A stretch of DNA of 29,273 bases from Lama guanicoe. Taxonomy: Eukaryota. A model generated the notes under the pieces. It did not search any database, had not been told where the DNA came from, and was given only the letters and a program-made list of their open reading frames with translations. Below, piece by piece: positions 1 to 10,674 of the stretch. Each line of letters begins with the position of its first letter. Position 1 is the first letter of the stretch. The DNA lies in assembly GCA_013239625.1 (NCBI GenBank), contig MU053166.1:124001-153273 (forward strand), read 5' to 3'. Position numbers and translations under genes: made by a program.

Positions 1-210
1 TAGTTTATCTGTTCCATTAGCTATCTTATATTAAATAATATGTTTTTGAATTTGTTTGAACATGGTTTAGCATATTTTGAATATGTTTAACTGAATTTGG
101 TTTACCCATTAAAATTAGTATACAATACAATATTAAATATAAAAGTAAAATTGATTAATAATAGAGTGTTCTGCACCAAATATTTTATGTTAATTTTCTC
201 TAATTTGTTA

Positions 211-342
211 TTCTGGTTTTATAAATGTAAAACTGAGATTTAGAAGGATGAACAGTTATTCCAGTATATAGAGCCAGTTGTGTGGTCTCAACTCAAACAA
301 TCAACTGGAGACTTATATTCATCCTTCTACACCACAACATCC
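211..342 (-). mobile_element. Degraded MIR SINE fragment
   Basis: ttttataaatgtaaaactgagatttagaaggatg resembles the MIR core (ttttacagatgaggaaactgaggcttagagagg). Heavily diverged. Confidence 0.5.
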
Positions 343-697
343 TAAAATAATTCTAGACTGCTGTGATGATTCAGAAGGCTCTTTGAGAGCAAGTGTACTG
401 ATGTGAACATTGGTCATCACTCTGGGTGTGAGTCAGCATATGTCTATCTTTAGATTAGTGTGCCAATTTTCTAAGAAATCATCCTCAATAATATGGCCTT
501 AACATTGTCTTATGGATCTACAGCTGAGTCAATTGTATATGTCAATCTTTTAAAGGGTTTGAGTTTTCTGACTATATAAATTTTGAATAATGGAGTGTTT
601 ACTCACATTGCTCATTATATAGTACAAATTCAACTATAGGAGGAAGGATAATAAATACTACATCTTATTCAAATTTGCAGCAAACAGATTTTGGCTA

Positions 698-934
698 GGT
701 TCTGATATAAGAAATCACTTAACTATCATTAAAGCTATTGGTTTCTACTTTGTTGATTAGTAATGACAATTATAGCTGCATTGTTTTAATTAGCTGTTAA
801 CTATCACAAACTTTGGTTCAGATATAAGACAGATGTCATTTAACCATCACTAAAGCATTCAATTGCCACTCTGTTGACTAGTGATGACAACTATAGCTGC
901 CTTGTTTTAATTAGCTAAAAACTATCACAAACTT
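698..934. repeat. Old tandem duplication, two copies of about 117-120 bp
   Basis: 698-813 and 815-934 both run ggttc(t/a)gatataaga...tatagctgc(a/c)ttgttttaattagct...aactatcacaaactt. Differences include many C/T transitions. Confidence 0.9.
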
Positions 935-3390
935 AAATAAATAGGGTTTCCATAATGGAATAATCCAAAACACAAATACAAATGGAATATTTATTTGGTG
1001 TGGGATGAAATAATAAAATTTTAAAACTTTATTATTAGTAATGATGTTATAATATCATAGAATGCATTTTTATAAATTAAACATAATCTTGATTTATTAA
1101 AATAAATTGTGAAAAACACCAAATATGCCACACTTTTTTTTTTTCATTTTTGGATATGGCCCTGAAACTGTAGGGTATCTCTGCTGCACTGTTCAATTTG
1201 AAATGTCATCACATGTGCATTAATTAGTATCACATCATCTTTTACCTTTTATCTAAAGGCAGACTATTGCTTTTACATAATTTTCTTAGAATTCATAACA
1301 GTGATTCTGAGAACATCTTCCATTTCTACTCTTACCTTTTTAAAGCTCTTGCCCAATTACTCACTTGCCTAAATACATTATAGTATTTCCAGATCCTTGT
1401 CAGCTGGGAGGGAAGGGGCATCACTGGGTTCCAGGCTCTCACACCACCCCTCTCACACCTTTCAGTTACTTTTTAATTTTCTAAATAGTTGCCTATCTTG
1501 TTTCACAAAATGAGATAAATTGTAACAGATTTGAAGATATCCTAAAGCAAAGTTGAAAGTCATTAATATGAAGAAAAAAACTCTGATAAGGAGAAAAATC
1601 CACCTGAGATGGTAATTTTGATGGTCAAGTCTCTAACTGAGCTCATAGTTTTCCCTTAGACATAGCAATGAGGGGAATATAATTATTGAGAAAATATTTT
1701 TGAAGCACTTGGTTAAAAAATAAGTTTCTCATGTGATATTGTTCACAAAGATAGTGATAGGAGAATGTCAATCATAGATTGGAAGCAAATATTTTGAAAA
1801 AGTATAGTGATGATTTTTATATAATTCTTTCTTGTAGATTCTGTACTTAATAACCCAGAAGACATCATTGTGCAATTAAGCAAACAAAAAATAATTTACA
1901 CATAGATAAGCATGTAGATCCAGAACGAATTTTTTAAAAAGATAGAATTTAAAGTGTCCACATTATAGTATTATAGTTCTCCGTTAAAATATCTGTTGTT
2001 CACAATACTAAAAGACAGGCTATATTTTAATATCCAGTTACAGAAACAAGGGCAATATCAGATACATAATAAGTATTAAATAAATTTTAATATTTTCTGG
2101 TTGCGTAAATGAATGAAACATTTGCTCATCACTGGTCAGTATGCATAGTAACTAATGTTATTACATACTTTAAGGAAAACAGGTCATTTTTGATCTGCAC
2201 AACACACACACATATACTGAGCTTTACTTTTACCCTTTTCAACAGTTGATGCGGTTGGTTAACTTATATGACATTGGCCTCTTCTCCACTTGTTAATTTG
2301 GGTTTTTGGAGAAGCAGTGCCTGTTTATATGCATTTGGTTCATTGCGTCCTGGAGTGACAGTCTGTCCCCGTCTACTGCTATCTTTCTTAAGCTATTCAT
2401 TTCTCATCGTTATATTCTGTTGAATCAACTTCATTCTGCAGGTTTTCTCATTTAAATTCTCAGACCTGGGACACTGAAGTGTTAACATCTCAACCTTGAC
2501 TAAAGTTTTCCTTTGTTCAACTCCAATGGAGTTGTGCTTTGGTGAGGCAAGCTTACATCTGGGTTGGCTACAACTTTGTCTGCTCGTGTACACTTTTCAC
2601 AGTTAAAAAGCACCCTAGGTTGTACTTTTATACCACACAGAGTTAATGACAGATATGCAGTGTGCAGCGCTATAAAAATTCCAATGCATATTGGAATCCT
2701 AAACACGGTTAATAACACCTCTAGCCAAAAATTTGTGTGGAAGTCAACATTGAAATTCTAGGAGATGTGAAAGAATAATGGAATGAAAGAAGAAATTTAT
2801 TCCTAACTACTTCAGTAAGTTAATTATGAAATGAATTATTGAGTTAATGTGCACTTTACTTACATGCAGAACAATTATCATTTAGTATTTCTCAGTGATT
2901 CAAAAAATTTGAAAAGGGCAGATTTCAATGTTAGCATTTTTATTAATATGTTCTATTTTTCAAGCATTGGTTTTATCTAATTGTAGATAGTAAGGCTTTT
3001 CATCTAAAATATTTCTTAAATCAAAATCTCAGGTGTGAATTCCCATTATTAAGCTATCTTCCTCTGCTCCACTGATCTCTATTGCATTCACAAACTTCGT
3101 CATGGTAATACATTCATTTATTCATTTTTCACTAGATCTTTAAATTAAGTAATAAAATACTAGAATATTGAGAGCTTTCTTTCATGATGTTTATATGCTA
3201 AAGCTTTTCAGTATTCTTCAGTTCATTTTGCTGGAAATTCTTTGTTATACAAAGAATGGTTTTGAAAGAATCTTGTAGCTTCAGGTTTTAAGTTATACAC
3301 ACATGATTTTATTAAGGCAGCAGAGAAATTCAAAGAGTAAGTCTAGTTCCTAAATGATAAAGATAAAAAAATTATTCAAGATAAGAAGTA

Positions 3391-4014
3391 GCATGTTGTT
3401 TAGTCTCCATGCAGTCATTTTTTTTCTCATTTGTTTTTCTGTGGTTGATTTCTACTTTCATGCCATTGTGGTCAGGAAAGATGCTTGAAGTAATTTCTAT
3501 CCTCTTAAATTTGTTGAGGCTTCTTCTGTGCCTGAGTACGTGGTCTATCCTAGAGAATGTTCCATGAGCACTTGAAAAGAATGTATATTCTGTTTGGGGG
3601 AAACAATGTCCTAAAAATATCAGTCAAGTCCAGCTGTTCTTATAGTGTCATTTAGTATCTCCATTGCCTTAATGATTTTCTGTCTGGAAGACCTGGCCAG
3701 TGATCTTAGTGGGGTGTTAAATTCTCATGATTATTGTATTCCCATCAATTTCTCCCTTAATGTCTGTTAGTATTTGTTTTATATATTTAGATGCACCGGT
3801 ATTGGGTATATATGTGTTAAATAGTGTAATATCCTCATCTTGTATTGCTCCTTTGATCATTATATAGTGTCCTTCTTTATCTTTCTTTATGGCCTTTGTC
3901 TTAAATTCTATCTTGTCTGATATGAGTATTGCTACTCCTCCTTTCTTGTCATTTCTATTTGCATGGAATATCTTTTTCCATCCTCTCACTTTCAGTTGTG
4001 TGTGTCCTTCACCT
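3391..4014 (-). mobile_element. L1 ORF2 endonuclease-domain fragment, inverted 5' part of a 5'-inverted L1
   Basis: Minus strand translates LKVRGWKKIFHAN...GVAILISDKIEFK...DKEGHYIMIKG, then after frameshifts FNTPL, YTFFSSAHGTFSRIDH, FPDHNGMK and WRLNNMLL. A frameshift creates the stop at 3717-3719. Confidence 0.95.
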
Positions 4015-4424
4015 ATTGTCATTCTAAGTGAAGCAAGCCAGAAAGACAAAGAAAAAAACCATATGATATCATTTATATGTGGAATCTAAAAAAAAGAAAA
4101 AAAAGACAAAGGAACTTATTTACAAAACAGAAACAGACTTGCAAACATAGAAAACAAACTTACAATTACCAGGGGTGGAAGAGGGTAGGAGGGGATAAAT
4201 CAGAAATGTGAGATTTACAGGTACTAACTACTATATATAAAATAGAAAAACAATAAGTTTCTGCTGTATAGCACAGGGAACTATATTCAATATCTTGTAG
4301 TAACCTGTGATGAAAAAGAATATGAAAACAAATATATGTATGTATATGTATGACTAAAACATTACGCTGCACACCAGAAATTGACACAACATTGTAAACT
4401 GACTATGCTTCAATAAAAAAACAA
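4015..4424 (+). mobile_element. L1 3' end: last ORF2 codons, 3'UTR and A-rich tail
   Basis: IVILSEASQKDKEKNHMISFICGI* is the L1 ORF2 C-terminus. The 3'UTR (ctgtatagcacagggaactatattcaatatcttgt...gacacaacattgtaaactgactat) ends in AATAAA plus an A-rich tail. Candidate TSD AAGAAGTA at 3383-3390 and 4425-4432. Confidence 0.93.
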
Positions 4425-4991
4425 AAGAAGTAAAAAGAAAAAGAATAGACTATAAAAAGAAGCTAAAACTTACAAGTAGTATCACAGATCTTCATTTTAG
4501 ACCTTGAGTCTTTGTTATGTTATTCATTCAGTCAACCATAGAAAGCTTTCTGAGGCAAACTCAAGGTAAAGATTTCTGGGACTTAAACATGAATTCCACT
4601 CTCTTCAGATTTCCAGAAAGCAATATCCTGATAGGTGGATAAAATATACAGAGATGTTTGCAATATTAGATAATGATAGCAATTAAACACTACAGATTTT
4701 AGAAAATGAAAAAAGTCCTTTGGGGAAACAAACAAACAAGCCTTCCAGAGAAGATGGTGTATGAGGTAGGCCTGTAAAAACTAGGAGAATGTGAATAAAT
4801 GTGGGTAGAAGAAGGCATTCTAGGCAGAGGCTAGCTAGAGGTTAAATATACTTGGAGAGTCACAGTGTTTGGTTTTGCTTTAATTTGCTTTGTTTTCTAT
4901 AAAATATTTTTAAACACAAGGAACATTATGGTTACCGAAATTAAGCTTTATGGCAGATAAAGAACACTGTGCCTAAGTCTCTGAGTTCCTT

Positions 4992-6480
4992 TTCACATTT
5001 TCAAGTGCACCTAGAACATTTCCAAACATGAACAATATGCTGGGGCATAAAGTAAATCTGAAGAAGTTTCAGAGGTTGGAATCATATGAGTATGTTCTCC
5101 AACTACTGTGCAAAAATAAGCTGGAGACTAAATTCCAGGAAGATAAGTAGAAAATGCCTAAACATAAAAATGGTAGAAAATAATTTTAAGTAACTTATGG
5201 GTCAATAAGAGATCAGATTGTAAATTTTAGGGTATTTTGGACTGAATTATTACTAAATTGTGACATATTACAGCTTGTAAAGTAAAGCTAAATTTCTGCT
5301 TGGAGGAAATGATACACATATATGTGTTTAAAGAATGACCTGAAGTTAATAATGTAGACACCCAGCCCAAAAAGTTATTTAAAAAGGCAAAAAATAGAAC
5401 TCAAAAAAGTGAATGAAATCATGAAGACTTAACTGTAAAAGTAAATAAAATAGAGAACATACACAGCATAGAGGATTACTGAGGTAGAAGCTTTGCTTTG
5501 AAAAGGCTAATGAAATTGATAAGCCTCTGTGCAAACTTTTAAGAAGGTAAAAAAAAAAAAAGACTATCACTGCAGAACTTGAAGGCAAGAAAAATCAGAA
5601 GTAAATATTATAAAAAGTACCAGTAAGTTAAACATTTGGAAGAAACAGACAAAACTGGCTGTATTTTTAAATATCAGCAGCAAACTGTTACAATTTCTTT
5701 TTAAAAATTATAATTTAAAAAAGCTTTAAAACATTAAAAAAAAAAAAAGTAATACATGTAAAAAAGCAATGTTCCAGAAGCCCGTGCCATATAAGACACC
5801 ACTGGAGGAAGTTAGAGATGACGTAAATAAAATGAAGGGATAAGCCACATTCATGTAAGACGCAATACTGTGATAAGGTCAGTTTGCCCATATTGCTTTA
5901 GAGATGCAAAGTAATTTCAATAAAAATAATAACAGGGAATAACAGGGTCTTTTTTGCTGGAATTTAAAAAGCAAATCCCACATTTTGCATGGAAATCTAG
6001 AGGAACAAAAATATCCAGACACTATTAAAAAAGAACAAGATGGAAATATCTGCACTGTAAAATCACTATAAAATACCATTGTGTATTTTAAAGATACAGT
6101 AATTAAGAAAATACGATATCAGTGTAATGATAGACAAAGAGAACAACAACAAAAAGGAATAGAATGCCCAGAACACAGGTCAAATATATACAAGCATTTG
6201 ATTTATGAAAAAGGTGATACTTCAGAAAATAGGACAATGATATTTTCAGTGGATACTGGGTTAACTGGATGTCCATATAGTAATAGTAGAAATTTGACTC
6301 CTACATTACAATATATACAAAAATTACCAAAAGAAGATTCCTAAACGTGTACACAAGGCAGAAAAATGTGTACATGTACATCATAAGGCATGTATGAGGA
6401 TGTTTAGATGGCATTATTCCCAATAGACCAAACTTGAAATTACCCTCAAATCCTTCAACTATTGATAAGATAAATCACAG
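4992..6480 (+). mobile_element. Ancient L1M ORF2 and 3'-end fragments with internal deletions
   Basis: cacattttcaagtgcacctagaacatttcc...atgctggggcataaa matches the end of the EN domain. ORF 6081-6344 (YFKDTVIKK...HLIYEKG) resembles post-RT ORF2. 3'-end-like sequence at about 6395-6475. Confidence 0.75.
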
Positions 6481-6819
6481 ACTATAAATTATATGAATTA
6501 TAACTTGTGTTGTATATCTTGCCCATTTTGATAATTAATTTTGCTTTACACTTATATATGGTACATATGTGTTTTGCCTCACAGTTTAAAGTGAAGGAAA
6601 ACCCCTTAGGGTTAATGTTACATGCAAAATACCAATGTATTTAGAGCTGATATTCTATATTGACAATTTGCAGATAAAGCTATATAGGAGTTTGAAGTAA
6701 ATACACAATGGTAAATAGATTGTTTTAAAACTAAAATCAACCAAGGGAAAAAACAGACTAAATTACTAAAATAATAAATGAGAACCCATCACTACTGATT
6801 ATTTAAACATTAAATAACA

Positions 6820-6853
6820 NNNNNNNNNNNNNNNNNNNNNNNNNNNNNNNNNN
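6820..6853. other. Assembly gap (34 N)
   Basis: Run of n characters. Confidence 1.
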
Positions 6854-6890
6854 TATTGTATCAGTTTCAGGCATACAGCACAGTGATTCA
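6854..6890 (-). mobile_element. Short L1 3'UTR terminal fragment in antisense orientation
   Basis: tattgtatcagtttcaggcatacagcacagtgattca is homologous to the reverse complement of the L1 3' end at about 4355-4395. Confidence 0.65.
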
Positions 6891-7228
6891 ATAACTAATA
6901 ACCTTCTGAAGCAGAAAGCACCAGGCCAAGATGGTTTCACTCATGAACCATTTAAGGAATATATGACACCAATTCACTATAAACTCTTCCAGAAAATAAA
7001 AGCAGAGAGAATATTTTCTAATTTGTTCTGTGAGGCCAGTGTTACGCTAATACAAAATCTAAACAAAGACATTACAAAAAGGGAAACAATAGTCTAATAT
7101 TCATCATAATGAAAATCTTCAACAGAATATTTATAAAGTCAAATCTAGTAATGTGTAAAAGCATTTATATAATCACTGTCAGTAGAATATAAATTCCCAG
7201 TCTGGTTCAACGTTCAAAATCAATTGAT

Positions 7229-7354
7229 AAAGTTGCGAGGGTGTAACTCAACTGGTAGAGCGTGTATTTAGCAGGCACAAAGTCCTGGCTTCAATCCCCA
7301 GTACCTCCTCTAAAGAAAATAAATAAATATGTAAACCTAATTGCCTCCCCCCCA
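7229..7354 (+). mobile_element. tRNA-Ala-derived SINE (camelid vic-1 type)
   Basis: tRNA-like head (gagggtgtaactcaactggtagagc...ttAGCag...ggcttcaatcccc), then aaataaataaat...aaacctaattgcctccccccc. 13-bp TSD aaaatca(a/g)ttgat at 7216-7228 and 7355-7367. Confidence 0.9.
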
Positions 7355-8218
7355 AAAATCAGTTGATGTAATCCTTTTCATCCGTAGGCTGAAGAAGTAA
7401 AATTATATCAATAGTTGCATAAAGAGCATTTGATAAAATCCAATACCCATTTATAGTAAAACTTCCTGCAAACTAAGAATAGAGGGGAACTTTCTCAACT
7501 TGATTAAGATTATGTCTTTGAAAAACCTGTAGAGAATACTTAATGGTAAGAAATGAAATGCTTTCTTCCTAGATTGGGAACAAGGAAAAAAATGTACCCT
7601 CTCACCACTCCTTTTCAACAACAGCATACTGGAAATCCTAGTTAATATAATAAGACTAAAATAGGAAATAAAGGTATACCATGGGAAAGGGAAAAAAAAA
7701 AACTCTTTGCTAGCAGATGACATGATTTTCCCAAAGAATCCAGAACAACAAAAAGTCTTCTGGAACTAAGAAGTGATCAGAGTAAATTTACCGGATACAG
7801 GGTGATTTTAAAAAGTCAATTGCTTTCCTCTGTACCAGCAATAAACAATTAGGACTTTAAATTCAAAGCACAACATCATTTACATTAGCACCCAAGATAA
7901 AAAAAGAAGTACTTAACTACAAATCTAACAAAATATATATAAGATCTATATGAGAAATACTACACAGCTGTGGTGAGGGGAGAGCTAAATAAATTGGGGA
8001 AATTGTCCATGTTCACAGTCAGAAGATTCACTGTTGTTAAGGTGCAAGTTCTTCCCAACTTGATTTATAGATTCAGTGTAGTTTGAACCAAATTTTGGGG
8101 GATATGGAAACACTAATTCTGAAGTTTACATGGAAAGGCAAAAGACCCACAATAGCCAACACAATACTTAAGGGAAAAAAGAAGACTGATAACTACCTGA
8201 TTTCAAGACATACTGTAA

Positions 8219-8369
8219 GGGTGGGAGGGTATAGCTCAATTGGTAGAGTGCATGCTTAGCATACAGGAGGTCCTGGGTTCAATCCCCAGTCCCTCCCCTA
8301 AAAATAAATAAATAAACCTAATCCCTACCCCTGCAAAAAAAAACTAAAAAAAGAAAAAAACTTTCCAGA
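8219..8369 (+). mobile_element. tRNA-Ala-derived SINE (camelid vic-1 type)
   Basis: A box TAGCTCAATTGG, AGC anticodon-like loop, B box GGTTCAATCC, (TAAA)n segment and A tail. 14-bp TSD aagacatact(g/a)taa at 8205-8218 and 8370-8383. Confidence 0.93.
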
Positions 8370-9125
8370 AAGACATACTATAAAACTACACTTATCAAGA
8401 CAGTGTGGTATTTGTGAAAGAGCAGACAAATAAATCGAACAGCATAGAGAGTCCAGAAACAGACCAACACAGATAGTCAACTACTTCCTGACAAAGGAGC
8501 AAAGGCGGCAGGGAAAAAGATGAGTCTTTCCAACAGGTGGTGTTGAAACAATTGGACCTCCACATGTGTGGAGGTGAATCTAGACACACGACAAGTTTTT
8601 AAAAAATTAACTCAAAATCATTGATAGACCTAAATGTCAAGTGCAAAACTGTCAAACTTCTAGATTACTTAGGACAAAATCTCAGTGACCTTGGATTTGG
8701 TAATGATTTTTATATATAACATCAGAAACATCGTCCATGAAAGAAGAAAAAAAATAAGTGGAACATCACTAAAATTAAAAACTGGCCTCTTCAAAAGACA
8801 ATGGTAAGAGAATGAGAAGACAAGCCACCGACTGGGATAAAATGTTTGCAAAGCAAATATCTGACACAGACTTTATGAACTCAACACTAAGAAAACAAAC
8901 AACCCAATTATTATGGTTTGTTACAAAGCAAATGCCAAACGATGCAGTGTTTGACTCGGAAATTCCACTTTTGTACCGTATAAAAATCATAGACATTCTT
9001 AAAGAAAATGTTACAAGATTTATAACAGCATTTTCGTTGTCATGGAATCCTGAAATCAACATAAATATGTACCAATGAAAAATAGAGGATGCCGTATCTG
9101 TACTTTGAAACGTTCTTGCTAAAAT

Positions 9126-9464
9126 GGAACAAAAGATTCAGCAGCAACATGAATAGATTCTAAAGGCAAAATATTTACAATAACAAAAAACTGTTTCAGA
9201 ATGAGCCTACTGTATGAGACATATCAAGTGTGTAAACAAGAAGAATAATTTTATAGATGTATATTTATTTAAATATTTACACATATAATAGTAACAGGAA
9301 CAAAAGATTCAGTAGCAACATGAATAAATTCTAAAGGCAAAATATTTACAATAACAAAAAACTGTTTCAGAATGAGCCTACTGTATGAGACATATCAAGT
9401 GTGTAAACAACAAGAATATTTTTATAGATGTATATTTATTTAAATATTTACACATATAATAGTA
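9126..9464. repeat. Recent tandem duplication, period 171 bp
   Basis: 9126-9293 versus 9297-9464: 4 substitutions in 168 bp by manual comparison. Confidence 0.97.
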
Positions 9465-9867
9465 GAACAAAAACCTGCATTGACAATTGAATAGCAAATT
9501 TAGAGAGTGGGTACCTCTGTGGAGGAGATTGGGACGTCAGAGATATTCACAAGTGATCTCAGCAGTAAATAAATTTTACTTCTCAAAACAAATGAAACAA
9601 GAATTGCAAAATAGGAGGCTAGAATGGAGTTGAGGGAGGTATACAAAATTTTTTAAGTTAACTCACAGTTATTTATTTCAATACTGTGATTATAAGTAGC
9701 AGTGAAAAAAATAGGGAAGTTCTCGGTGTATGGACCTGTGAAAAATTTTAATGACTATCCATCAACCAAAAAAAAAAAAAACAATTGTAGAGTGATACCT
9801 AATTTGTGATATAATCTTTACAGAAGAAAACACACATGTTATTTATAAATTTATACTGTATATGCTT

Positions 9868-9923
9868 ATAAACATACCAGATGCAAAAAATAAATAAATA
9901 AATAAATAAACATACCAGACGCA
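9868..9923 (+). repeat. (TAAA)n / A-rich insert flanked by an 18-bp direct repeat
   Basis: ataaacataccaga(t/c)gca at 9868-9885 and 9906-9923 surrounds aaaaataaataaataaataa. Confidence 0.85.
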
Positions 9924-10424
9924 TAATAGTGTTTCAGTAGTGTTTATCCTAGGGGAGGGAATAAGATTGTGTCAAGAAATCCTTTGTTTCATCTGAACTT
10001 TTTAATTGTTCTTCTTTTTTCCCATGGAGTGTATACCTTGGGTAAATAAAAATAAATGGTGTTTTATTTAAATAGGAAACACATTTGATTTTGTGAGAAA
10101 AAAATGAAGCAGAGCGAGATCTTAGTTAAGTAGCTTCAAAACAAGGCTTATGTGTCCCTGTTAAGATCTTCAGGCCTCAAATTTCATTTTATTTTATAAA
10201 TAAGATGATAAATAAGCAATAAAAAGCTTTGAAGGTCTCAAAAATTCCTTCAAAGCAAACTGCTTCAGAAATGACTCCTTGCCCAAATCCAGACGGCCCT
10301 TCTCCACCTGTTGCTTATGCTTTCTCGCGAATGTGCCCACATTTCCCCCTTATGTCAGATTCTCATCATTTCTAACTTTCATTTCGCTATACTTTCCTCA
10401 TTGCATTTCATAGACCAAGCCTTG

Positions 10425-10600
10425 TTCATTCTCCATATCACTGAAAGAGCTTTCTACAACACAAATCTGATCATGTGATTTATTACCCTTTAATTTTTAA
10501 ATATCTCCTATAGCATTCAGAATTTTTAAAAGATAGTACCTCGACATTAAAAATCTATTTCTTACCTGTCCCTCCAGCCTCATATTCAACCATTTCAGTG
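10425..10600 (+). mobile_element. L2 LINE fragment
   Basis: ctttctacaacacaaatctgatcatgtga...cctccagcctcat matches the L2 motif ctttctaaaatgcaaatctgatcatgtca. Confidence 0.65.
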
Positions 10601-10674
10601 CTTTCTGCCTCCCAATGATAATTCCTGGCATGAAATAGCACAAAACACTTTTAAAAATTAAAAATGATTATCTC

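Larger units (their letters stand above)
6733..8910 (+). mobile_element. Old L1M ORF2 fragment (RT region), interrupted by the gap and two SINEs
   Basis: Typical ORF2 nucleotide motifs: aaagcaccaggccaagatggtttcact, gagcatttgataaaatccaataccc, gcagatgacatgat (YADD-region equivalent), aaaagtcaattgctttcct. Also RRQATDWDKMFAKQISD at 8812 onward. Confidence 0.9.
8930..10060 (+). mobile_element. Highly degraded L1M (L1ME-like) 3'-end fragments
   Basis: gactcggaaattccactttt, gatttataacagcatttt, agagtgggtacctctgtggagg and agtgtttatcctaggggaggga resemble ancient L1 3' ends. Confidence 0.55.

Noticed and set aside
1528..1611. Plus-strand coding exon between an aacag acceptor and a gtaatt donor
   Set aside because: Stops in all three frames and a poor pyrimidine tract.
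2660..2677. MRE (TGCACAC on minus) next to TATAAAA as a promoter
   Set aside because: Single short motifs, too close together, with no other promoter evidence.
3717..4049. 110-aa ORF as a functional endonuclease gene
   Set aside because: It is a frameshifted L1 ORF2 fragment, and its N-terminus is an artefact of reading across the inversion junction.
8219..8297. tRNA-Ala gene
   Set aside because: It is a SINE head: stem mismatches, a SINE-specific 3' segment, an A tail and a TSD. The same applies to 7229-7354.
9126..9464. Alpha-satellite, because of the 171-bp period, or a CRISPR-like array
   Set aside because: Only two copies, L1-like context, no spacers and a non-primate mammal. The length is coincidental.
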